Below are positions 8,219-16,490 of a DNA stretch of 45,116 nucleotides, piece after piece (the first letter of the stretch is position 1; every line of letters begins with the position of its first letter). The notes under the pieces were generated by a model. That model was not told where the DNA came from, searched no databases, and saw only the letters and a program-made list of their open reading frames with translations. The stretch lies in contig JASHQJ010000084.1 of NCBI GenBank assembly GCA_030037595.1, positions 1 to 45,116 on the forward strand. The letters run 5' to 3'. This DNA comes from Candidatus Binataceae bacterium (GTDB taxonomy: Bacteria > Desulfobacterota > Binatia > Binatales > Binataceae). Position numbers and translations under genes: made by a program.

Positions 8219-8892
8219 ACGGCAGGGCAATTCTCAATTCGATGCGCGCGAAAGCGGCGCCGATTTGGGACAAGGAGTATGCGCATCCGTTCGTGCAGGG
8301 AATCGGCGACGGCACGCTCGCACCCGAGCGTTTCAAGTTCTATCTCCGCCAGGACTACATCTTCCTGATCGACTATTGCCGCGTGTTCGGGATCGCGGCA
8401 GCCAAGGCGCGGGACGCGGCTATGATCGCAGCCTTCGGGAAGCTGCTGAGCGACACCTCAACGATCGAGATGCAGATTCATCGTGACTACTGCGCCGAGT
8501 TCGGGATTTCAGCCGCCGATCTCGAGGTGACCACGCCCACGCTGATCACGCATGCCTACACGCGCCATCTGCTGTCGGTCGCGTACAGCGCGCCAATCGT
8601 GGAAATTGTCGCGGCGCTCCTGCCGTGCCAGCTTGGCTACGCGGAAATCGCGGCGCGGCTGGAGCGCGAGGGCAAGAGTGGTGCGGGTTCGATGTACGCC
8701 GCATGGATCAAGGCGTACGCCTCAAAAGAGTTCACCGATCTCGCCGAGATGATGGTCGAGATGTTTGCGTCGCTAGCCGATGAACTCAGCGCCTACCAAG
8801 CCCGAATCGCCGAGGAGAACTTCCTCGCGAGCAGCAGGTACGAATGCCTGTTTTGGCAGATGGCCTGGGATCAAGCCGGCTGGCCGATTTAG
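8215..8892 (+). CDS. tenA: TenA-family aminopyrimidine aminohydrolase (thiaminase II)
   Basis: HPFVQGIGDGTLAPERFKFYLRQDYIFLIDYCRVF...LLPCQLGYAEIA...YECLFWQMAW matches the TenA family. The GTG start at 8215 overlaps the thiD stop (GTGA). The upstream 55 codons of track ORF 8050..8892 overlap thiD out of frame and are not credible. Confidence 0.85.
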   Translation: MNGRAILNSMRAKAAPIWDKEYAHPFVQGIGDGTLAPERFKFYLRQDYIFLIDYCRVFGIAAAKARDAAMIAAFGKLLSDTSTIEMQIHRDYCAEFGISAADLEVTTPTLITHAYTRHLLSVAYSAPIVEIVAALLPCQLGYAEIAARLEREGKSGAGSMYAAWIKAYASKEFTDLAEMMVEMFASLADELSAYQARIAEENFLASSRYECLFWQMAWDQAGWPI

Positions 8893-8941
8893 GCGGCGTC
8901 AATCCGAGCCTTCCCTCGATTTCGAGGACGCCGTCGCTCGC

Positions 8942-9202
8942 TCAATTTCGATGAGCTGGATAGGGACGAAAACGTGGGACATCTCTGCCCCGCGATGCCG
9001 CATCGCGCGTCACCACGTCGGAAATCGGAGCCCTGAACGTAACCCCGTGCTCGAGGCGGACCAACAAGCCATCCATTATGGCACGATGAACGACGACCGC
9101 CGGTAGCCAAGCAGAATCCCACACCCAGACGGCTGTTCCTTGCTGGAAGCCGGCTCGTGGTTCAGTTTCGCCGCTGCCCAGGTGATCGTGATGCTCGTAC
9201 AT
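8942..9202 (-). CDS. small hypothetical protein (possible SH3/Tudor-like fold)
   Basis: The inner ATG of track ORF 8942..9256 gives MYEHHDHLGSGETEPRAGFQQGTAVWVWDSAWLPAVVVHRAIMDGLLVRLEHGVTFRAPISDVVTRD.... There is no clear Shine-Dalgarno sequence. Coding status is uncertain. Confidence 0.35.
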   Translation of the reverse strand: MYEHHDHLGSGETEPRAGFQQGTAVWVWDSAWLPAVVVHRAIMDGLLVRLEHGVTFRAPISDVVTRDAASRGRDVPRFRPYPAHRN

Positions 9203-9251
9203 TTTTAGGCCCGTCCTCGGGAGTGATTCGACCTCGAGCGCAGCAAACCCA

Positions 9252-9267
9252 AGCAATCTTCATTCCG
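9252..9267 (-). promoter_or_regulatory. candidate sigma-54 (-24/-12) promoter
   Basis: The minus strand reads CGGAATGAAGATTGCT against the consensus TGGCACG-N4-TTGCW. GG and TTGCT are correctly spaced. It lies about 50 nt upstream of the ATG at 9202 and near a sigma-54 activator gene. Confidence 0.25.
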
Positions 9268-9520
9268 GGCCCTGAATTGCTAATTGCGCCGCCTATCTCA
9301 ACGCTCGCATTGTCGGATTTCACGGCGCCTCGCTCGCAGGTTTTCGTCATTTCGTGAAAAGTGCGCTTGCGAGTGCTGGTCGGATGTCGCGCATCGTGAG
9401 CATTTGCGCGGCATCGTCCTTGGTATGCGTCTGGCTATCAGCGGGGATTGCGAAAAGTCCGCGTGGAGGGCCTTTGGAATTGGTCAGTTCGCAAGGACAG
9501 CAAGGCAAGTCTCAACGCCG

Positions 9521-9787
9521 ATGCTGAAGATTGTAAGGTCAGCGAATTCTGAGGCAGTTGTCTATTTCTTGAGCGGCAGAATCGACGAGGATCACATCGT
9601 GGAGTTGCAGGCGGCCTTCGACGCGGAGTCGGGGCCAATCAAGCTGGACTTGCGAGAGGTGACGCGTGTCGATCGCGAATGCGTACCCACTCTGGCGCGA
9701 TGGCAGGTATCGGGAATCGAATTTGTGAACTGCCCTGCTTACCTTCGCGATTGGATTGGCCGAGTGCGGACCGGAAAAAAACACTAA
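9521..9787 (+). CDS. small STAS-like (anti-sigma-antagonist-fold) protein
   Basis: The inner ATG of track ORF 9284..9787 gives MLKIVRSANSEAVVYFLSGRIDEDHIVELQAAFDAESGPIKLDLREVTRVDRECVPTLARWQVSGIEFVNCPAYLRDWI. This is the pattern of short STAS-type proteins. The upstream 79 codons are Arg/Cys-rich and not credible. Confidence 0.45.
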   Translation: MLKIVRSANSEAVVYFLSGRIDEDHIVELQAAFDAESGPIKLDLREVTRVDRECVPTLARWQVSGIEFVNCPAYLRDWIGRVRTGKKH

Positions 9788-12093
9788 ACGCCCTTGAACG
9801 AGTGCTTGTTGATCTTGAGCGTTCTAATCTTCGACTCGAGGGTAGATGGCCGCATGCCAAGTTTGGCGGCCGCTCCCCGCGCACCGGCAACTCTCCCGTG
9901 CGACTCAGCGAGCGCCTGCTCGATTGCGGCACGTTCCTGTTTCTCCACCATCCTAGCTAGTGGCTGCGTATCCGGCACCGTCGGCATTCGATCGAGAGGC
10001 AACCAGCTCTCATCGACGGCGAAGGTTTCGGACTCACAGATAATCACCGATCTTTCGATAACGTTCTGGAGTTCGCGGACATTTCCCGGCCACTGATACG
10101 AGCGGAGAAGTTCCATGCTTTTCCGATCGATGTTCCTGATCTTCTTCCCCGCCGTCGTCGCGTAGCGGTCGATGAAGTACTCGACCAGCATCGGAATGTC
10201 GTCGGCACGCTCGCGCAGTGGTGGCACTTCGATCGGGAAGACGTTGAGGCGATAGAACAAATCGCTACGAAAAACCCCGGTGTCGATCGCCGTCTTGAGA
10301 TTCCGATTGGTGGCCGCGATGACACGCACATCGGCGCGAATCAAGCGCTCTCCGCCGACGCGTTCGAACTCGTGTTCCTGAAGGACGCGCAGCAAAGCGA
10401 TCTGAGTCTCAGGCGGAAGGTCGCCAACCTCGTCCAGAAAAAGAGTGCCGCCCTGAGCCATTTCGAAGCGGCCCATTCGGCGCTGCAGGGCGCCCGTGAA
10501 AGCTCCCTTCTCATGGCCGAACAGCTCCGAGCTGATAAGTGACTGCGGAATTCCGGCGCAGTTGACGCTCACGAACGCGCCCGCGGAGCGCGCGGAACGT
10601 TTGTGGATTGCGCGCGCGATCAGTTCCTTGCCGGTGCCGGTTTCCCCGGTGATCAGCACTGTCGAGTCGGTGGGCGCGACCTTGGCGACGCGAGAAAGAA
10701 CTGCATTGAGCGAGGGGGAGGCGCCGACGATCTCCTCGAACAATGACGCCTTGTCGACTTCCTCGCGCAGAGCAAGGTTTTCGTTCCGGACCCTTTCCTC
10801 CGCAATTTTGCGGTTCTGGATTTCGGTACCGACCGAATACCATCGCAGGATCTGACCTGCGGAGTCTCGAAGCGGAGAAAAACGCACCAGGAACCAGCGA
10901 TACGCGCCATCCTTGCCGCGAATGCGCGTCTCAAATTCGAACTCCGTGGCGCTTCCGAACGGCGACTCGGCACGCAGCCTTTCAGCGTCCTCAGGATGGA
11001 TCCGCTTTTCGTACTCGGACGACTGGAACTCGGCGAGGGTAACCCCCGCATAATCGAGCGCGACGCGGTTGGCGTAAACGCGGTGCCCATCCGGCCCGAT
11101 GATAGCGACGTGCTGGGGAGCATAGTTAAGAACATCGAGCAGCTCGGCCTCGCGCTGCCGAATCTCACGAGTCATCTCCTCGTGCTCGGTCACATCCATG
11201 ATGGTGCCGAAATAGCTCTTGACGGTGCCGTCTTGCGAGACAGGCGTTCCGACGCTCCTCAAGAAGATCTGCTGACCGCCGGGTTGAACGATCCGAAACG
11301 TGTAATCAAACGGCTGACCCTCCGCACCCGCGATAGCCAGAGTCTTTCTGACCGCCTTGCGATCGTCAGGATGGACCAGCGAAAGGAAGTTAGGCATGAC
11401 GGGCGGATCGATCGTGGGATCGAGGCCGAATATGCGGAACATTTGCGGCGACCAGCGCGACCTGCCCGTCTCGAGATCGAGCGCCCAGGTCCCCGTGCGG
11501 GCCAATTCCTCGCCTTGAGCGAGAAAGGCTTCGCTCCGCTGAAGGTGATCGTACAGGCGTGCGTTCTCCAGCGAGATAGCCGCTTGCGAGGCCAGCAGCT
11601 TAAGCAACCTGGCACTGGCGGCGGTAAATGCATTGGCCTTTGAATTGTTCTCGAGATAGAGCACACCTATTTGCTTGCCCTGCTTCATCAGCGGGACGCA
11701 CAGGATCGACCGCGCATGGTTGCGCTGGATGTAAGGATCGGACGCAAAGCGGCCGTCGACCGACGCGTCGTCCAACATCACGATGTCGTGGGTTCTGACG
11801 GCCTGCCTCAAGACGGACTCGGCCAGGATTTCTGACGTTGGCTCGGCAATGCCGAGGCGCACAGCCACGGTGCTCCCTTCGGCGGTCGCTTCAGCTTCAA
11901 CCCGTAGCTCATCGCTCTGCGGCAACAGCAAGACCGCACGCTCAGCCCTCGCGTGCTCGAGCGCGGTTGACATCAGGCCCTGAATCAGTTTGTCGAGAAC
12001 GATTTCGCCCGACACCGCCTCGGACGCTTTAATCCATGCGTTGAGGTCAAAGCCTTCATCTGTAGCGTCAATGGTGCGGGGCGATTCTTTCAT
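9784..12093 (-). CDS. sigma-54-dependent transcriptional activator (GAF-PAS-PAS-AAA+-Fis HTH)
   Basis: 769 aa. Walker A is GETGTGKELIARAIH. The sigma-54 contact loop is EKGAFTGA. Walker B is LFLDEV. RVIAATN follows. The C-terminal HTH is AAKLGMRPSTLESKIRTLKI. The N-terminal region is GAF-like and is followed by two PAS-like repeats. Confidence 0.9.
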   Translation of the reverse strand: MKESPRTIDATDEGFDLNAWIKASEAVSGEIVLDKLIQGLMSTALEHARAERAVLLLPQSDELRVEAEATAEGSTVAVRLGIAEPTSEILAESVLRQAVRTHDIVMLDDASVDGRFASDPYIQRNHARSILCVPLMKQGKQIGVLYLENNSKANAFTAASARLLKLLASQAAISLENARLYDHLQRSEAFLAQGEELARTGTWALDLETGRSRWSPQMFRIFGLDPTIDPPVMPNFLSLVHPDDRKAVRKTLAIAGAEGQPFDYTFRIVQPGGQQIFLRSVGTPVSQDGTVKSYFGTIMDVTEHEEMTREIRQREAELLDVLNYAPQHVAIIGPDGHRVYANRVALDYAGVTLAEFQSSEYEKRIHPEDAERLRAESPFGSATEFEFETRIRGKDGAYRWFLVRFSPLRDSAGQILRWYSVGTEIQNRKIAEERVRNENLALREEVDKASLFEEIVGASPSLNAVLSRVAKVAPTDSTVLITGETGTGKELIARAIHKRSARSAGAFVSVNCAGIPQSLISSELFGHEKGAFTGALQRRMGRFEMAQGGTLFLDEVGDLPPETQIALLRVLQEHEFERVGGERLIRADVRVIAATNRNLKTAIDTGVFRSDLFYRLNVFPIEVPPLRERADDIPMLVEYFIDRYATTAGKKIRNIDRKSMELLRSYQWPGNVRELQNVIERSVIICESETFAVDESWLPLDRMPTVPDTQPLARMVEKQERAAIEQALAESHGRVAGARGAAAKLGMRPSTLESKIRTLKINKHSFKGV

Positions 12094-12144
12094 CTGGATA
12101 GCGAGGAGCTCCCGGTTACCCGCGAGACCTGGCCGACGAACCTG

Positions 12145-13041
12145 TTATTTTCCCGGCCACATCGACTTCAGCTTCGCGGCGAGCGTCTTGCCCTGCTCGA
12201 GTCCCGCCTTCGCCGCGCCCGGGCGCCGGCGCGAGTCCATGAGGTTGATTCCGAAGGCCTTGACGCCAGCGTCGTCGGGAACGATCAGCTCGACGCGCGC
12301 GCCGCTCTCCTTCACCGCTGTGATTTCGTTGTCCAGCATCTGCCGGAATCGCAGCATCGCGGGATCCGTGGACGCAGCTGCCGTCACCGCCACCACGACC
12401 GCGACGTCATAGCCTTTCGCAAGGTCGGCATTGGTGGCAGATCGCATACCACCGTCGATGTAGCGGCGGCCCTTGATCGTGATCGGTGGAAACACACCCG
12501 GCACGCTGCAGCTCGACGCAACGGCCCGCACCACGCCGACCCCCGCCTCCTTGTTCCACACCACGAACTCGCCCGACTGCGCGTCGACGGCGGTGCAGGC
12601 GTAGTTGCGATTCGGCCATACGTCATCGGGGAGCGAACTGAAGGAGCGGCCGAAGTTCGCGATAAAAGTCTCTTCGGAAATCGTCTTCTGGCTGAGCGCC
12701 CACGCGCCGATCTCGGCCCGTACTTCCCTGCCCGGCCGCTTGCCCGACATCGCTTCCTGCATCTTGGTGAAGAGTGTCGTCAGATCCGGTGGCGCTGCGG
12801 CAGGCTGTCCCGCGAGCGTCGGTTGCGGTGCTGGCCTTTCCGCCAGGATCGGTTTTGCGAGCGCTCCGGCCTCGCGGCCCATCGCGAGCTGGGCGCCGAC
12901 GAATGATCCCGCCGAGGTGCCGACGATAAAGTCCGCATCAGCGAGGCGTACGCCGCCCTCGTCGAGCCCCGCCAGCAAGCCCGCTTCCCATGCGATACCG
13001 ACCGGACCGCCGCCGCCAAGTACCAGTGCTCGTGATGCCAT
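12145..13041 (-). CDS. patatin-like phospholipase family protein
   Basis: The oxyanion motif is LVLGGGGPVG, the nucleophile motif is GTSAG, and the catalytic Asp motif is YIDGGM. AAGGAG lies upstream of the ATG. Confidence 0.85.
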   Translation of the reverse strand: MASRALVLGGGGPVGIAWEAGLLAGLDEGGVRLADADFIVGTSAGSFVGAQLAMGREAGALAKPILAERPAPQPTLAGQPAAAPPDLTTLFTKMQEAMSGKRPGREVRAEIGAWALSQKTISEETFIANFGRSFSSLPDDVWPNRNYACTAVDAQSGEFVVWNKEAGVGVVRAVASSCSVPGVFPPITIKGRRYIDGGMRSATNADLAKGYDVAVVVAVTAAASTDPAMLRFRQMLDNEITAVKESGARVELIVPDDAGVKAFGINLMDSRRRPGAAKAGLEQGKTLAAKLKSMWPGK

Positions 13042-13093
13042 GATTTAGCTCCTTGAGATTTGCCGCCGCGGATCGGCCGCGGTCGGGTATCAC

Positions 13094-13987
13094 TCAGTCC
13101 GCGGAAATGCGCGCAGGCTCAGACTTGTCTTCCACCATGATTACGTCATCGATATGCGTGTAGTCGACCTCCATCTCACCGTCCGGCCGCGCCCTTAGGA
13201 TGTCGGCGAAGCGTGCACCCCAGATGACATCGGCGGCCTTGAACGGATGACGCGCGTGGATGGTCTGGGCGAAGGTCTCGTCGAGACCGACGACCGAGAC
13301 CACTATCTCGGCATTGCGCTGCTCGAGAATCTCGGCCGTTAGCTCGTAGAGCGGACTCGCGGAATCAATGGGATGAATCACGGTCCAGCTCAGGCTGAAG
13401 AGGGGGCTTCGCTGGCGCGTGGTGCGCAAATCATAGATTTTGCGGATGGTCTCGCCCTCTTCGGTCCGTTCATTCCACACCACGGTGAGATGCACTTCGG
13501 CTTCGACGATCCGGTTGGCGCGCAGGTTCGCCATCCGGACCATCAGCGATTGCACGCCGTCGCGGGTCGATATCACTGCATAGCGCGTGAAGCGGACGCG
13601 CGCCGTCGGCCGCGAGAACTTCGCGAATACGAGGCCGGTCATCATCGCAAGCGCAAGCAGACCGACGAACGCCTCGATCGAGACCAGGATGTTAGAAAAC
13701 AGCGTGACCGGCTCCATTTTGCCGTAGCCGATCGTCGCCATCGTCTGGACGCTGAAAAAGAACCTGTCGAGGAACGAGTCCGAGTGCACGTTCTCGATTC
13801 CACCGTCGAGGTAATAGCCGAGTGCGAACAGCAGGTTGGCGCCGAAGAAGACGGTCGCGATGATGAGCAGGAGTATCGGCCACGACGCCGTCAGCAGGTA
13901 GTGATACATGTCGGTGAACGGGCCGGGCGCGCGATCCGGCGCCGGACGCTCACCGGAAAAACCATACTTACCCGTCCTCTTGGCCAT
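13094..13987 (-). CDS. KirBac-type inward-rectifier potassium channel
   Basis: The protein has two TM helices flanking the selectivity filter, VQTMATIGYGKMEP. A cytoplasmic Ig-like domain typical of the Kir/KirBac family follows (FSRPTARVRF...MVRMANLR...). Confidence 0.85.
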   Translation of the reverse strand: MAKRTGKYGFSGERPAPDRAPGPFTDMYHYLLTASWPILLLIIATVFFGANLLFALGYYLDGGIENVHSDSFLDRFFFSVQTMATIGYGKMEPVTLFSNILVSIEAFVGLLALAMMTGLVFAKFSRPTARVRFTRYAVISTRDGVQSLMVRMANLRANRIVEAEVHLTVVWNERTEEGETIRKIYDLRTTRQRSPLFSLSWTVIHPIDSASPLYELTAEILEQRNAEIVVSVVGLDETFAQTIHARHPFKAADVIWGARFADILRARPDGEMEVDYTHIDDVIMVEDKSEPARISAD

Positions 13988-14050
13988 CGCCCGAGAATAT
14001 AGCCAACGCGCGCGCTGCTTGCATTGGTGAAAACGGGTCCGCGGCTTAGC

Positions 14051-15724
14051 TCATCCTGCTGTCTCCTCGTCGATCATGTCGCGATTAGCGCCACCCGGCG
14101 GCACCATTGGATAGACGTTCTCGTCGGCCGCGATCGGCACGTTGACGAGGCACGGCCCCGGCTGCGCGAGCGCATTTTCCAGCGTCTGCAACTGATACTC
14201 GGTCGCGCCGAGATCGCAGGCCGGCACACCGAAACCGCGCGCCAGCGCGACGAAATCCGGCACGGCGTGGAACTTCGAGGCGTGATAGCGGCGGCCATAG
14301 AACAGATGCTGCTGCTGGCGCACCAGCCCCAGGTTGCCGTTATTGAACAGGACCACCTTGATGTTGACCCCCTCCTCTGCCGCCGTCGCCAGCTCCTGCA
14401 GATTCATCAGCAAGCTGCCGTCGCCGCTGAAACAGACAACGGTTCGCTCGGGCATCGCGAGTGCGGCGCCGATCGCGGCGGGCAATCCGAAGCCCATCGT
14501 GCCGAGTCCTCCCGAGGTGAGCCACTGCCGCGGCGTGGTGAACGGGTAAGCTTGCGCCGCCCACATCTGATGCTGCCCGACGTCGGTCGTTACGATCGCG
14601 TCATGGGGCACGAGCGCGGCGGTGTGGCGCACGATGCCGTAAGGGCGAAGCGGGTCGTCCGCTCCCGGCATCGCGAGCGGAAACTCGGCGCGCAACGCCG
14701 CCATCCGCGCGATCCACTCGCTGCGCCGGTCTGCCTTGATGAGCGGTGCGATGGCTTCTAGAGCCTCCCGCACGTCCGCCTGCATTCCGAGCGCCGGCTG
14801 CTTGATCTTGCCCAACTCGCCGTTGTCGATATCGATATGCATGATCGTCGCGCGCCGGCAGAACTCCGCCGCCTTGCCGGTCGCGCGATCGTCGAAGCGG
14901 ATGCCGAGTCCGACCAGCAGGTCGCATTCCTCAAGCAGCATGTTCGTGTAGCGCGCCGCGTGCATCCCGACCATGCCAAGAAACAGCGGATGGTCGTGCG
15001 GGACCGCGCCGAGTCCGTGCAGCGTCGAGGCGAGCAGTATCGAGCCCTTGTCGGCAATTCGCCGCAGAACAGCGGACGCACCTGAAACGATCACGCCTCC
15101 GCCGACCAGGAAGATCGGGCTGCGCGAATTGTTAATTAGCTCGGCGGCGCACGCGATATCAGCGTTGGCAAAGCGCGGCGGCGCGTCGGGCCGCGATGGC
15201 TCCGGGAGCGCGTCGAACTCGATCGCCTCGGCCTGCACGTCCTTCGGCACGTCGATCGCGACCGGACCGGGGCGGCCTGACACGGCAAGGCGGAAGGCCT
15301 CCGGAATCACCTCGAGTAGATCTGCCGTGCGTTTCACGAGGAAGTTGTGCTTCGTGATCGGCAGCGTCATGCCGTAGGTATCAACCTCTTGGAACGCGTC
15401 GCTGCCGATCAGCGCGCGCGGCACCTGGCCTGTGATCGCAATGAGCGGGATCGAATCGAGCTTGGCGTCGGCGATCGCGGTTACGAGATTGGTCGCGCCC
15501 GGTCCCGAGGTGCCTAGGCATATCGCCGGCCGGCCGGTGGCGCGCGCCATGCCATGCGCGATAAAGCCGGCGCCCTGCTCGTGGCGTGCGAGGACGTGCC
15601 GGATTGGGCTCCGGTGGAGCGCATCGTAGAGCGGCAGATTCGCGCCGCCCGGGATGCCCGCGACAATAGACACGCCCTCGCGTTCGAGCAGGCTACAGAT
15701 TATTTCCGCGCCGGTGGCCTTCAT
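14051..15724 (-). CDS. ilvB: acetolactate synthase (acetohydroxyacid synthase) large subunit
   Basis: 557 aa. GAEIICSLLEREGVSIVAGIPGGANLPLYDAL, GTSGPGATNLVTAIADAKLDSIPLIAITGQVPRALIGSDAFQEVDTYGMTLPITKHNFLV and GLGTMGFGLPAAIGA...GDGSLLMNLQEL are hallmark ALS/TPP motifs. AGGAAGG lies upstream of the ATG. A branched-chain leader peptide and attenuator lie upstream. No small-subunit gene follows. Confidence 0.85.
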   Translation of the reverse strand: MKATGAEIICSLLEREGVSIVAGIPGGANLPLYDALHRSPIRHVLARHEQGAGFIAHGMARATGRPAICLGTSGPGATNLVTAIADAKLDSIPLIAITGQVPRALIGSDAFQEVDTYGMTLPITKHNFLVKRTADLLEVIPEAFRLAVSGRPGPVAIDVPKDVQAEAIEFDALPEPSRPDAPPRFANADIACAAELINNSRSPIFLVGGGVIVSGASAVLRRIADKGSILLASTLHGLGAVPHDHPLFLGMVGMHAARYTNMLLEECDLLVGLGIRFDDRATGKAAEFCRRATIMHIDIDNGELGKIKQPALGMQADVREALEAIAPLIKADRRSEWIARMAALRAEFPLAMPGADDPLRPYGIVRHTAALVPHDAIVTTDVGQHQMWAAQAYPFTTPRQWLTSGGLGTMGFGLPAAIGAALAMPERTVVCFSGDGSLLMNLQELATAAEEGVNIKVVLFNNGNLGLVRQQQHLFYGRRYHASKFHAVPDFVALARGFGVPACDLGATEYQLQTLENALAQPGPCLVNVPIAADENVYPMVPPGGANRDMIDEETAG

Positions 15725-15775
15725 GGGAGCCTTCCTTTCCGGTTCGCTCCCTGTCGGTTGGAAGTCAGCGGGGCC

Positions 15776-15815
15776 AAAAGAAACCCCCGCCGGCTTTCGC
15801 GCCGACAGGGGTTTC
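15776..15815 (-). terminator. attenuator terminator in the ilvB leader
   Basis: The minus strand reads GAAACCCCTGTCGGC-GCGAAA-GCCGGCGGGGGTTTC-TTTT. This is a 15-bp stem (13 Watson-Crick pairs and 2 G-U), a 6-nt loop and a U run. It lies about 50 nt upstream of the ilvB ATG and 22 nt downstream of the leader-peptide stop. Confidence 0.6.
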
Positions 15816-15837
15816 GAAGGTTACTGTTTCGTCCCCG

Positions 15838-15882
15838 CTACGGCGCGATCGCCCCAAGTACTACTACGAGCGTAATCGTCAT
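15838..15882 (-). CDS. candidate ilv leader peptide MTITLVVVLGAIAP
   Basis: The 14-codon ORF is atg acg att acg ctc gta gta gta ctt ggg gcg atc gcg ccg tag. Seven of its 14 residues are Ile/Leu/Val. A strong terminator hairpin follows immediately, upstream of an ALS gene. The Shine-Dalgarno sequence is weak (GGGA about 14 nt upstream). Confidence 0.5.
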   Translation of the reverse strand: MTITLVVVLGAIAP

Positions 15883-16055
15883 GGACGTAAGGAGTCCCGA
15901 CGAAGTGAGCGTCGCGTCGCGGTCGTTAGCGGAGAACATCGAGCTTCACTTTCTAGCGATTAACGCCACGCCGCGCAAGCCAAGGAAATATTCGGCGCTA
16001 ACGGAATCAGGATAGCGGCAGGGGAGGATTAGGCTACCCTCAGGTGCGCCAGCGA

Positions 16056-16477
16056 TTAAAAAGGGCCAACCTGATTCTGCTTTTCTAACGATGCGTCGAT
16101 ATCTCCCGTGTTCTTGATAACTACGATCATGCGTTCATCTGATCGGGACTGTGCTTGCTCGTATTCCATTTCAAGAAACGACATCGCTTCTTCGACGCCT
16201 TGCGCGGCTTAAGGTTTATCGCATTCAAGTGAAATTCTACTGAGTCGTCGAAATCTCGCCCGATGCCGCCTCGGAATACGTGGTGCGATCAAATTGAAAT
16301 CGCGATCACAACTAACAAGAACCTCACCTGCTTCTTCGCTCACGGTAGCCATGGGTCTGGAGAGTCAATTGGTAGGATATCCCGAACATGGCGAACCTTG
16401 TGACCGTGGGCACGAAACACATCTGCCACAGAATCAGGGACGTTGTGATCCAAGAGAACGGAAATAGCGACGGCCAC
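16056..16477 (-). pseudogene. DUF5615 (PIN-like / Mut7-C-type) toxin gene, disrupted
   Basis: From my own translation, the GTG at 16477 gives VAVAISVLLDHNVPDSVADVFRAHGHKVRHVRDILPIDSPDPWLP and then a stop at 16340. The homology continues in another frame from 16352 (ATVSEEAGEVLVSCDRDFNLIAPRIP...RLSRISLECDKP). It reaches an in-frame TAA at 16209-16211 and then stays open to 16056 (AAQGVEEAMSFLEMEYEQAQ...). The pattern LlDeNvP....L...GH.V.hv.d......D..i...a......lvt.D.DF is the DUF5615 signature as I recall it. Confidence 0.5.
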
Positions 16478-16490
16478 AGCGAACCGTCGC

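Noticed and set aside
12145-13041. Patatin-like lipase as a CBASS CapV-type effector
   Set aside because: No CD-NTase/cyclase, Cap2/Cap3 or other CBASS component is present in the neighbourhood. Only an ion channel and a transcription activator flank it.
13042-13093. CCGCGG-CCGAT-CCGCGG repeat between the KirBac and patatin genes, as terminator or sigma-54 site
   Set aside because: The stem is short (6 bp) with no U tract. The GG-N10-GC spacing is present, but the TTGC element is missing.
14024-14761. 245-aa plus-strand ORF and several other ORFs overlapping the ALS gene
   Set aside because: They are antisense or out-of-frame shadows with Arg-rich translations. The ALS frame is conserved end to end.
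15881-16015. 45-codon plus-strand ORF (MDVRSPDEVSVAS...) opposite the ilv leader
   Set aside because: It has no ribosome-binding site or recognisable motif, and it overlaps the leader peptide start in antisense. It is part of the spurious track ORF 15554..16015.
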